Shown piece after piece: positions 1-11,633 of a DNA stretch of 61,833 nt. Under the pieces are notes generated by a model, which ran no database searches, was not told the DNA's origin, and saw only the letters and a list, made by a program, of their open reading frames with translations. The position numbers and the translations under genes are program-made. This stretch comes from Catajapyx aquilonaris (Eukaryota). The stretch lies in contig KZ538560.1 in the NCBI GenBank assembly GCA_000934665.2, forward strand, positions 1 to 61,833, read 5' to 3'. The stretch's first letter is position 1. Each line of letters starts with the position of its first letter.

Positions 1-54
1 GGGGGGAACTCCAGGTCAAACTTTCATCATGATATTCCACAAAAGTCATCTCAC

Positions 55-117
55 CTGATTGTTGGATGCAAGGACCACCAGACAGAAGCTGAAGATGAAT
101 ATAAAGGATGACAGCAT
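55..117 (-). CDS. Exon 1 (signal peptide) of a third divergent ionotropic receptor paralog; rest of gene runs off the window start
   Basis: Reverse strand reads MLSSFIFIFSFCLVVLASNNQ|GTGAGA, nearly identical to exon 1 at 1561-1623. Intron sequence 1-54 matches 1624-1686 in inverted orientation. Confidence 0.8.
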
Positions 118-949
118 GAGGATGTACTGTACGTCTACTTTCCGATGACGACGAAACTCTATACTGACGCCGTATACTCACTTCACACCTTCAGGAACAC
201 GTCAGCACAATTTGGGGCACTTAGGTCATTTATTGAAAACTATAGTGGCCACCTAAAACGCTTTCGGAAAACTACATTAGACCTTATGAATATTTAATTA
301 TTTTCGCCTAGCTCTAGCGAGCGTTGGAGTCCACGTGCACTTAGGAGATAAGCACCTTGTGGGGATCATAATTAATTTATCAAATCGAAGCCCTCACTAT
401 ATAGTGTCTCGATTGATTACGGAACGACCACCATGAAGTGAGACATTAAATATTTTTGTATTCGTGGGGGCGGGCAGCGGAATTTTACAAGAGGACTCTA
501 CATGTTAGTGGTTTACCTTACCGGGGGGNNNNNNNNGGGGGGGGGCATGCTACGAATTGTTGTTGGATGGACATAATTTACAATAAGGTCTACACCTCAG
601 ACAGCAGGCCCAGAAAAAAAGCGAGCGAAGCGAGTTTTTTCTTCGTAAGCAAATAATGCTACAATCTTAATATTCAGCAGGAATTCGTTACATCAGTTAT
701 GTTGCTCTCAAATCAGAGCATTTTTTACGAGAATAAAATACAGCAGACGTTATGAACAGGCGCGTTTACATATTGAAACTCAATCTCATCATGTAATTGT
801 CTGGTTAGATTTGTACTCAAAGATAAGGACCATTATATGCTGGAAAGCGTCACTTCACTCCTTCAGTGTCACTTCACTTCTTCAAGAACACGTCAGCTCA
901 ACTATAGGGGCGTTCCAGAGGCGAAAAAATAAGGCTATTATTATAGGGG

Positions 950-1150
950 GATGTTGTTGCAATTGGTTCTATGTCAGAGGTAGTATGCCAACATTGTCAG
1001 GCAAAGAAGTGGAAGTAGGGTGAAACAAAATCGATCCGTTGCTCCGGTTGCTCCAATGGAAAGGTTAGCCTTCTTCTCCTTGCTGAGCCTCCACAGCTAC
1101 TTAAAATGCTCCTGTCAGGTACATCACCTGATTCAAAACATTTCCTGACA
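950..1150 (+). mobile_element. Decayed Helitron Rep/helicase N-terminal Zn-finger fragment
   Basis: Frame from 962 reads IGSMSEVVCQHCQAKKWK*GETKSIRCSGCSNGKVSLLLLAEPPQLLKMLLSGTSPDSKHFLT. This fits the recalled Helitron RepHel pattern IGxMxxxCxxCxAxKW..E....CC..GKV.L......P..L..LL.G.....KHFL. One internal stop at 1016-1018. Confidence 0.75.
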
Positions 1151-1560
1151 AGCAAAGGACTTTTATGGAGAGCGTACATTGACACCTTGCTCTAGTCTAA
1201 TGCGACGTTTCACTTCATTCCTTCTAGAACACGTCAGCTCAACTAGGGGCACCTACGGGGGTAATATTTTCAGGCTTGATTCTAGATCTATAGTGGCCAC
1301 TGGAAGAGCTTTCCGAGAAATACATGAGACCTTATAAGTATTAAATTTCGCCTGACTCTTAGCGAGCGTTGGAGCTTTGAGTCCAGGATTACTTCTTAAG
1401 ATACGCGCCACACTTGGCTGCCGAATGCTTTTGTGAATATTACAGTATAATTCCTAGTTTTTCTCAGTGCTGACGTGTTCCTAAAGGTTACGTAACACGT
1501 CGCACTAGAGTACGACGTCAGTAGAGATTCGTCGTCATTGGAAAGTAGACGTGCATCATC

Positions 1561-3641
1561 ATGCTGTCATCCTGCATATTCATCTTCAGCTTCTGCCTGG
1601 TGGTCCTTGGATCCAACAATCAGGTGAGATTACTTTTATGCAATATCATGATGGAGGTTTGACTTGGAGTGTTCCCCTCCCCCCAGGTACATTCAGGGAA
1701 TGTCACCTTGACCGCTGACCATGACGAGAACGCCTTGATCTCCAACCTGGTCTCTCACATTCTGGACACCCTCTTCCCGGACTGCTTTCTGAGCGTGGAC
1801 ACTGACTCGACGGGACGGTTTGGCTTGGCCGTCCAGGGCGTGTCCCTGCACCAGTCCAGCAGGTACCGGCCGGTGGTCACTGGTCGGATGGATCCCGAGA
1901 CCTTCCGGGTGAATGTGGAGGACCACAGGGTCATCTGGAAGGAGGAGCAGCTCTACTCATTCAGGTCCATGCCCCCTGACCTCTTCTCCCAGACGTGGAA
2001 CGGAGGGAAATGCTCCTTCAACCTCCTCCTCTCCACCTACCCGCAGCATTTCCCGAACCTTGTCTTGCACGCCGTCAGCACCTTCAGATTCAGAAACCAG
2101 CACGATCCAGTCCTGATCCACGCCTCGGGTCAGATCGATCCGGATCGAATCCTCTTGACAGACCCCGCCAGAGGAATCTTCCTCAAGCTCCTCTCCCAAT
2201 ACCATCCAGACAAGAAGGAGCTGGTCCTGCACAACGTCTGCTACTTTTGCTTCAGTCCCGTGCACAGGGTCAATCCACCCATCCCTCAATCACTCCACAA
2301 GTTATTGGCACGAGACCATCTCTTTTCTGTACCGGCTGGTACGAACAGATGGGGCATGAATTACCCATTAGTTCACTATGAAGAGATTGATATGGCAGGT
2401 GCCAGAGATAGGATCAAGGATCCGGATTATAATCCGACAGTGCCTGAACGCGTAATATCCGACATAGAAAAGAGGTGGAATGTGACAATTCAAACTGCGG
2501 TTCCACATTTCACTTTTGACGATTATTATCCTAATGGCAGTTACACCGGATTTGTCGCACCAGTAGTTTACGGTAGGGCTGACGGAGCACTGGTCCAGAT
2601 ATACTCTGAGGTTTCTATCAGGGCTACTGCAGTAGCGATACCCCTTTTCTTTTTCCATGTGTCGTTCCTTCGAAGGCACGCAGGACCAGACATAAAGTGG
2701 TACCTCATTGCCCAACCATACACAGGTACAAGCTGGCTAGTTATGCTTGTCACCGTGTGCATGTCGTCTGCTGTGCTTTATCTGCTAGAGAGAAGCGAAA
2801 TGCAGCACGTTAGGCGCTGGTTGAGTGGTCAAACCAAGACCACCAAGTCTCTCTGGCATAATATGCAAGTAATAATGCGCGAGATGCTAGAGCAAGCAGT
2901 TTCACAGCCGACGTACCCTTCGATACGGGCGTTTTATTCCTATACGTGCTGGTCTTTTCATTGGTGTTAGGCTGTCTGTACAAGGCAAGAATATTCGCTC
3001 TTCTGGCCGTCCCAGAGACACTTCCCAACAGTTTCAGGGAATTGTTCACCTCCAAATTTGCTTTGGGTACAGTCCTTCCGCTTTACGTTCTCATCGGGTG
3101 GGGTGTAAAGAAAACTAACCTGACATTTGTTATCGAATTGTACGAGAAGTTTGAGGTTGTGTCAAATGATCTCAAATGCTTTCAAAAAGCAATGCAGGAG
3201 GACTTTGCTTGCTTTCTCACAGATTACCATTACCGCAGGTCAGTCGTCCACTTCTTGAACCACAAGGGGGATCCTAAAGTTGTATGGGTCACAGAAAAAT
3301 ACCTTTCTTATTACACCGGACCCTCCTTTGCACGTGATGTGGTTGACTTGCCAAAGATTTTGAGACAAACAGTTGTTTTGTTCGAAGGAGGACTGATTAA
3401 TCACAGGGAAGAGACCTATAACTACAGGAACTTCCTGCGATCGTACATGACAGCTCGCAAGTTAGCCTTTGAAGACGGGTCTGTACTACAAGATGGCCGG
3501 GTCTTCACCATGTACAAAGTGTCACCTATACTGTATGTCTGGTTGTTTGGTCTTGTATTGTCCATATTGGTATTCTCAGTCGAATTGGCTGCTAGAAAGG
3601 TGCTGCCAAAAGGCAATATTGTTCGGGTGCAAACAAAGTAA
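1561..3641 (+). pseudogene. Divergent ionotropic receptor (variant iGluR), copy A; one 2-nt frameshift (pseudogene or assembly error)
   Basis: Exon 1 1561-1623 (signal peptide), phase-0 GT-AG intron, exon 2 1687-3641. S1 motif NGSYTGFVAPVVYGRADG, M1 QPYTGTSWLVMLV, pore/M3 EQAVSQPTYPSIRAF...LYKARIFALLAVP, S2, final TM. An extra TA at about 2941-2944 (TCCTATACGTG vs TCCTACGTG in copy B) splits it into ORFs 1669-2970 and 2946-3641. About 670 aa when repaired. Confidence 0.8.
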
Positions 3642-4432
3642 ATTATTTACTGAAAACTCTCTAGTTCCCTGTGTTAATATTTTCCGTTGTCGTTAAGGTT
3701 GATGATGTACATAATTAGTTAATAACTGTCTTAATATTAAATTATTGTTGTATTACTTTATTTGCATATGTAAAATATAATTTGACATTCTTCACTACAT
3801 GTAAGCTACTGCAATTTATTCCGCACGCGTATTCCCTCTACATGGATTTTTAAATAATTATTCACAAAAGATTACGTAGAGTAACTCTTACTTGTAGCAA
3901 AATACACGGTAAACTGACCGGTGATTCCGCATGCCGCATTATTTGCCACCATTAGAATAATAATTATTGTGGATTTTTATTGTGTCGTATTGTACGTGTT
4001 CTTGTCTGTAACAGTGTAACTACGCAATAAAGAGGTAAAAAACGACCCTGCGAGAAGCATCATGAACCTTGAAATGCATGTAGCCTCTGCAGAACAGTCA
4101 TGATATATGGGCAACAATATCACGGACGAAATTAAACAATTCACGGCCTTTGATAGCAGTGTTATTTGCTACAGTAGGCTACAAGTAAGGCCTATATCCG
4201 GTAGATATTATCTGATGGCAGCAATGAAAGGTTATTCTTTCCAAACAGCTTTTATACTGCACACATCCCAACTCCACAACAGTCAGCACAGCAGTAAACT
4301 CTCACACGACTGAGGAAAATGAAAGAAGAGAACATTACATATTTCACAATGAAGATGGCCACTCTTGTCCATAATATTCAGCGGTAAACTCTCACGTCAT
4401 TCGTGGTATCTTCGACGGTCACCAGTCTGATT

Positions 4433-4735
4433 ATGCTCTCTGATTGGTCAGCCACTGTTGCTACCACGGCTTCCAATCGGTCCCAATTAATCGTTACCTC
4501 GACATATAGTGTTACCACCACCTTTTCTATTAGCCCCCGTTTCGCGCCTGCGCAATAGGGGTGGCAACTCTCCATTTCCGTGCTGACTGCCAGCGAGTTC
4601 ACATATCGTGCGGCGTCTCTCCCGTCACCTTAACCCCTCCTCGACCCACCCACCCTTTAAACAATAAACGAATGCCAAATCAGCCAATAGGAAGCAGTTG
4701 TGACATCAATAAGTGGCTGACCAATCAGATGGCAT
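4433..4735. repeat. Inverted-repeat element (MITE-like) at the junction between IR duplication units
   Basis: TCTGATTGGTCAGCCACT (4439-4456) is the exact reverse complement of AGTGGCTGACCAATCAGA (4712-4729), with imperfect extension on both sides. Confidence 0.5.
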
Positions 4736-5108
4736 ATTCAAAGCATGTAGGATTTTAATATTATATGCATAGGGGCCACAGAAAGCGTATTCCGAGAAAG
4801 ATAATAATTTGGTCTGATCATAATATTATTATTTAAATATTTTCGCCTGGCACTGGCGAGTGTTGTAGCTTTGAGTCCAGGTTCACTTTGCAGATTATAG
4901 CGCCACACATGGCTGCGTAATGCTTTTGTGAATATTACAGTAACTATATACCTAGTTGAGTAACTCCTAGAGACATAGACTGTGTGATAATGACCGGCCT
5001 AACTTCCCCAAATTGTGCTGACGTGTTCCTAAAGGTTCCGTAACACGTCGCACTAGAGTACGGCGTCAGTAGAGCTTCGTCGTCGTTGGAAATTAGACGT
5101 GCATCATC

Positions 5109-7841
5109 ATGCTGTCATCCTTCTTATTCATCGTCAGCTTCTGTCTGGTGGTGCCAATCCAACAATCAGGTGAGATATCTTTTATGGAATATCATGATGG
5201 AAGTTTGACCTGGAGTATTCCCCCCAGGTATATTCAGGGAATGTCACCTTGACCGCTGACCATGACGAGGACACCTTGATCTCCAACCTGGTCTCTCACA
5301 TCCTGGACACCCTCTTCCCGGACTGCTTTCTGAGCGTGGACACTGACTCGACGGGACGGTTTGGCTTTGCGGTCCAGGGCGTGTCCCTGCACCAGTCCAG
5401 CTGGTACCGGCCGGTGGTCACTGGTCGGATGGATCCCGAGACCTTCCGGGTGAATATGGAGGACCACAGGGTCATCTGGAAGGAGGAGCAGCTCTACTCA
5501 TTCAGGTCTATGCCCCCTGACCTCTTCTCCCAGACGTGGAAAGGAGGGAAATGCTCCTTCAACCTCCTCCTCTCCACCTACCCGCAGCATTTCCCGAACC
5601 TTGTCTTGCACGCCGTCAGCACCTTCAGATTCAGAAACCAGCACGATCCAGTCCTGATCCACGCCTCGGGTCAGGTCGATCCGGATCGAATCCTCTTGAC
5701 AGACCCCGCCAGAGGAATCTTCCTCAAGCTCCTCTCGCAATACCATCCAGACAAGAAGGAGCTGGTCCTGCACAACGTCTGCTACTTTTGCTTCAGTCCC
5801 GTGCACAGGGTCAATCCACCCATCCCTCAGTCACTCCACAAGCTATTGGCACGAGACCATCTCTTTTCTATACCGGCTGGTAGGAACAGATGGGGATTGA
5901 ATTTCACAGTCCTTCATTTTGAAGAGATTGATATGGTAGGTGCCAGAGATAGGATCAAGGATCCGGATTATAATCCGACATTGCCTGAACGCGTAATATC
6001 CGACATAGAAAAGAGGTGGAATGTGACAATTCAAATTGCGGTTCCACATTTGAGTTTTGACGATTATTACCCAAATGGCAGTTACACCGGATTTTCCGCA
6101 CCCGTAGCCTACGGTAAAGCTGACGGAGCACTGCTCCAGATATACTCTGATGTTTCTATCAGGGCTAATGCAGTAGCGATGCCCCTTTTCTTTTTCCATG
6201 TGTCGTTCCTTCGAAGGCACGCAAGACCATAAAGTGGTACCTCACTGCCCAACCGTACACAGGTACGAGCTGGCTCGTTATGCTTGTCACCGTGTGCATG
6301 TCGTCTGCTGTGCTTTACCTGCTAGAGAGAAGCGAAATGCACGTTAGGCGCTGGTTGAGTGGTCAAACCAAGACCACCAAGTCTCTCTTGCATAATATGC
6401 GAGTAATAATTCGCGAGATGCTAGAGCAAGCCGTTTCACAGCCGACGTACCCTTCAATACGAGCGTTTTATTCCTACGTGCTGGTCTTTTCATTAGTGTT
6501 AGGCTGTCTGTACAAGGCAAGGATATTCGCTCTTCTGGCCGTTCCAGAGACAGAGATACTTCCAAACCATTGGAGGGACGTGCACGCCTCCAAAGGACCT
6601 GTTCAAGTAGCCCCGCTACCTAAGCGGCAACCATCTTGCGCATCTTGTAGTGTATAATCTATGCACCTAGTTTTCCGCTAAAGGCCGCTGTGTTCGCCAC
6701 TGACTGTATCTTTGATGTGGTAGGGGTTGCTACCTAGCGGCCTTGGTAGGATTCAAAACATGTTGTCACGTGGTGAACTGTTTTATTAATTGATTTAGAG
6801 GCAGGAAAACTCGTGTGGTTTTTACCCCGTAAAAATGTTGTAAGAATATTCGTGTGAGACAAATGCCGCCTCAGGGAACCGATATGCGAAATGCAAGCCC
6901 CATCGAGATATCACGCGTTTGCCCAATCGCGTATCTCTCCATCTCTCCCTCTCCTCTCTCTCACTCTCTCCTAAAAGAGAGAGAGGTGAAAGAGGGGCGG
7001 ACTCGCCGGACTCAAGATGGGGTTCGTTGGCAAATCAAGGCCGAACTCTTTCTCCAAACTGATGAAGGTCACCCGAGGTCACCCTTTAGAAGCATTCTTC
7101 CATTGAATGACATATATTAGAGTGGCTGGACAGCAACATTTTGATCCAACTCCCCTGCGTTGCCAAGTTTCCGGCAATGATCTGCTCCAATCTAATTGAC
7201 ACGAATCATTGAGCCATGTGGGTGGCCTTTCTTTGCCAGGATAACTTTGAATAGGTCCTTTGCTTGGGGTACAGTCTTTCAGCTTCACGTTGTCATTGGG
7301 TATGCTGTACGGAAAATGAACCTGAAATTGGTGATCGAAATGTACGAGAAGTTTGAGGTTCTCTCGAATGATCTCAAATGCTTTGAAAAAGCAATTCAGG
7401 AGGACTTTGCTTGCGTTCTCTCAGATTACCATTACCGCAGGACAGTCGCCCACTTCTTGGACCACAAGGGGGATCCATAAGTTGTGTGGATCCCAGAACA
7501 ATACTTCTCTTATTACACCGGACCCTCCTTTGCACGTGACATGGTTGACTTGCCAAAGTTGATGAGAGAAACAATAGGTTTGTTCGAAGGAGGGCTGATT
7601 AGTCACGGTGAAGAGAAGTACAACTACAGGAACTTCCTGCGTTCGTACATGAGAGCTCGCAAGTTGGCCTTTGAAGACGGATCTGTACTAGAAGATGACC
7701 GGTCTTCACCATGTACAAAGTGTCACCGATCCTGTATGTGTGGTTGTTTGGTATTGCATTGTCCACCTTGGTATTCTCCGTCGAATTTGCTTCTAGAAAT
7801 ATGTTGCTAAAAGGCAATATTGTTAGGGTGCCACCAAAGTA
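5109..7841 (+). pseudogene. Divergent ionotropic receptor, copy B (pseudogene)
   Basis: Tandem paralog of copy A. Exon 1 5109-5169 is 61 nt instead of 63 (frameshift). Also a 4-nt deletion near 6229, a 664-bp insertion at 6595-7258, an in-frame TAA at 7478-7480 and a 1-nt deletion near 7700. Confidence 0.88.
6595..7258. mobile_element. Non-autonomous TIR element, Spy-type (inserted between AAA and TTT, no TSD)
   Basis: Termini GGACCTGTTCAA...TTGAATAGGTCC form an 11/12 inverted match. The empty site in copy A is TCCAAA|TTTGCT; copy B is TCCAAA-element-TTTGCT with no duplication. Confidence 0.8.
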
Positions 7842-8926
7842 AATTGTTTGCTGAAAACTCTCAAGTTCCACGTGTTAATATTTTCCATTGGGGTTAACGT
7901 TGATGCTGTACATAATTAGTGTCTGTAATTTTTCTCCATTTCTATTATCTGAATGCATTGAATACAATATATTTTCCAACCAGCTTTTATACTGATGCAG
8001 ATGGTCCAACTCCACAAAAGTCATCTGTAAACTGTCGCACGAGGAAAATGTAAGAAAATAATATTATACACATCACAATATATTATTAAGATGGTCACGT
8101 TTGTCCATAATATTCAGCAGTCCACTGTCACATCACTCGTGGTATATTCGCCCATCAGGAGTCCGTCTGTAACTGGTCCGGGGAGGGAAACGGGACAAAC
8201 CGACAAACTTTCCCTTCTATACTATATGCAAAGGCTGATATATTAATATCTTTCCATGTCTGAATGTTCGTTTTGCAAAAAAAAAAACAAATGTTGATCC
8301 ATCCTGCTTGTTGCAACGGTCAAAAAGGATCGTAATTTTTAAGCAAGGCCCAGCACAAGGAAATAAGTCCAACTTTTCTATTTTTATTGGCCCATAGCAA
8401 ACGTCAGAAAACCAATGTGGCGAAAGATCCGTCTTGTATATTTACTCCAGTAAGTCTTATTGTAAAACTAAAATAATAATGCATATAAGTATCCAGTCAT
8501 CATCGGGCATGTCATATTATTAAAATATTGTAATAAATTAATTGCACAGCGTATCATTTTTATCTTTAATCGAATCTGAAGCAAGATTATCACACCTTTG
8601 CTGATCTTTAGCTTTCAATGCATAGGCAACTTGACATTTCTCGTATACATGCCGTTTATACGTTTACCTGACCGTTACTTATATAGGTTTACATAATACT
8701 GTGACGTAAGCAGCATGTAAGAATTTGCATTGCAATGGAAGAGCATACTAATATAAGTCCCTTTTTCGCTTCATATCGTCTGACTCAATGAGTCTTTAGA
8801 CTAGTGCAACTTGGGACTTCACACTGGTAAGAATATGGGTTTTTGAGGTGGTAATTTTTTTATATCATTTAATCTATAACGTTACTGTGGGCCTCAGAAT
8901 TGAGCTCACATCCATATCGGTTCAAA

Positions 8927-9047
8927 TGTTAATATGTTTAAATATTGTCAAAGTTTGCAGAATGCGGTATTGATATTAAAGCCCGCTGATTCTAATATCA
9001 AATAAACTGCATTCTGCAAACTTTGTCAATTTTTAAACATATTAACA
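8927..9047. repeat. Fold-back hairpin (about 50-bp arms) in the probable 5'UTR intron of the FPPS-like gene
   Basis: TGTTAATATGTTTAAATATTGTCAAAGTTTGCAGAATGC pairs with GCATTCTGCAAACTTTGTCAATTTTTAAACATATTAACA. It lies between a GTAAGA donor (8827) and the TTCCAG acceptor (9305) just before the ATG. Confidence 0.75.
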
Positions 9048-9312
9048 CCTGGAGTACTTCGATCGTAACAGGTGTTGGAAAAATTCAGATTAATATTTTA
9101 TACCTACTTCACTTACCTCCTGACCACCGTTGAATTTTGCAAAATTTAAGGGTTTGCAGTATCTTTTCTCCTGCCCTTCAGTTGCAATATATTCTATAGA
9201 TTAACTTGTCTCATTCACACTATTATTACGCACCATTCTCGTATAGCTAAAAAAAAGGCATCACACAATTAAGCATCATCCGCAAGCCATTGTACTTCAT
9301 TCCAGGTTCAAA

Positions 9313-11081
9313 ATGGCAGAAAAAGTAGTGCAAGAGGAAATAGCCAAGTTGTTCGCGTAAGTTTATGAGAAACTATTGATGTGACAAAAATGTGTGAAAA
9401 TTTTAGCACATTTTTTTTATATATACAGAAGCAGCGACGTGGTGAAAAATCCAATGATGAACGAACGCATTAAGTTTTTGGAGGTGTTTCCCGAAGTGGT
9501 TAGGGATCTGACGGAAGTAGTTGACGATCCGGAAGTCAAAGATGCGACCGAAAGGTTCCAACAAGTGCTGCTGTACAATGTAGTGGGAGGAAAGCTAACT
9601 AGAGCACTTACGTTCATAAAGGCTTGCAGGAATCTGACTGAAGGCGGTTTAAATGCAACCGACGTGAAGCTGATGTACATCATGGCATGGTGCATTGAAC
9701 TAGTAAGCATTTTTTTAAATGTATGGTTAATTTCTGATATAGCCTTTAAAAAGTAGAAGGATTCGTCTCATAATCAGTATTTGATGCAAAAAAATGTGAA
9801 CCTAATTTTACTGGCTTCCATTTTTTAAACTTTTTAAAATCTTCTTGCATGAAGCTCCAGGCGTGTATTTTGGTGGCTGACGACATAATGGACAAATCTG
9901 AGACACGTAGAGGACGATTGTGTTGGTACAAACACAGCCACGTGGGACTTATGGCTGTTAACGACTCATTGATGCTGCAGTCTGCTGTCTTTTCACTATT
10001 GAAGAAGCACCACAAGAGGCAGCCATACTACGTCGACTGCTTCGAAGTATTTAACAATGCAAGTTCTGCTCTAATTTTGTGTTAATTTCTAAGAGATTAG
10101 GAGGCAAACGTTTGAAGAGCAAGTGCCAAAAAATTAATAATGTCCCTAATTGTTGCAATATTTTCGGCTTGTCTTTTACAGACACATTTCATGACGAATT
10201 TGGGCCAAACAATTGATAGCCTGACCCTGAGCACAGTTAAGGATCCTCAGCTTCATATGTTCAATGAGACTAGGTACGAACTGATGTGTAAGTACAAAAC
10301 CATGTACTATTCTTACATCCTGCCGTTGTCATTGGCCATGCACGTGGTTGGAATGAGCGACGAGAAGCTTCATCGTCGAATGGAAGAGGTGCTAACAAAG
10401 GCCGGAGTTAAATTCCAGGCAGAGAATGACTTCCTGGATGTGTACGGTGATCCGAATGTCACTGGAAAGGTTGGAACTGACATAGAAGAAGGGAAATGCA
10501 CTTGGCTTGTAGTCACAGCTCTGAAGATTGCCAATGAGAAGCAAATCCAAGTGCTCCAGGTCAGTTTCATATACTTCTTACGTGTACATGACTCATGTTA
10601 TTTCAGCAATTTTTGGATAATCAGTTACGTTTGCGCAGTTCTTATGAAACACTTATGCAATTATCATTATATCAGTGATTAATGTTTGTGTTGAAATTCA
10701 CATCATGTTGACATATTAGGAAATAGTTACGCAAATCCATTTGTCTAACTTATTGCACATGCTTTGATAAGTTGACATGCACTGCATTGCATTGCCTGAT
10801 CTAATTTACTAATAATAATTATGGCCTTTTTCTTATAGGAATGTTATGGAAGCTATGATCCGGCGCATGTGGAGAAAGTGAAGAGTCTGTACAATGAGTT
10901 GAATCTTCCACGATTGTATCTCAAATATGAAGAGGATTTGCATTCTTCTTTGCTTGCAGATATCGACACCTTGCCTTCTAAGAAACTTCAGGCTTTGTGC
11001 AAAAGTGTTGTTGATGATGTGTACATTAGAAATACTGATTACACTAAGAAAGTTATTTTCAAGCACTGCAATTATATTTAG
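9313..11081 (+). CDS. FPPS: Farnesyl diphosphate synthase-like trans-prenyltransferase (divergent; possible IDS-type terpene synthase), about 380 aa
   Basis: Exons 9313-9356, 9429-9702, 9855-10058, 10182-10559, 10839-11081, frame-consistent; intron 3 is GC-AG. Motifs GGKLTR, DDIMD..TRRG, GQxxD, KT, FQAENDFLD, GKVGTDIEEGKCTW. Confidence 0.92.
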
Positions 11082-11633
11082 TAGAATAATTATTACGGGC
11101 TGGGTCAAAAAAGTGCAAAATATTTTAGTCGTAAATGATTTTATCGTTTAGCAAATCAGAGCAATTTATATGCAGCACATTTTATGTTCCATATTTTTCT
11201 CCTATAGGATTTGACTGATTCATATCTTCAGTCATGTAATAGTAAAGGTGTCGTTATTAAACTGCCTTGCTAAATTCCATTTTGTAACTCATTTCACAAT
11301 CACGAAATATGCTCAAATGCTTTTCGCTTTTTTTCATTGAAGTTCTTAATATGGTTACGAGACTGGCAGTAACATTACGTGACAGCTCATTGTCTTGTAA
11401 TGCTTTGCAGATGAGCGCAACAGCAGCACCTATAATAGGGGGGGAAAATACGTCAGAATCTGATGGCATAATTATTATGATTATATTGTAGAACCGACAA
11501 CTAATCTGTCATATTTGTTGTCTGTTCTACAATAATCATATGTCTTCTCTCTTTATTATATCATATACATACCAGAGGTGAATGGACCATTCATGGTAAC
11601 CTACAACAGGTGAAAAACTTCCATTGATCTTTA

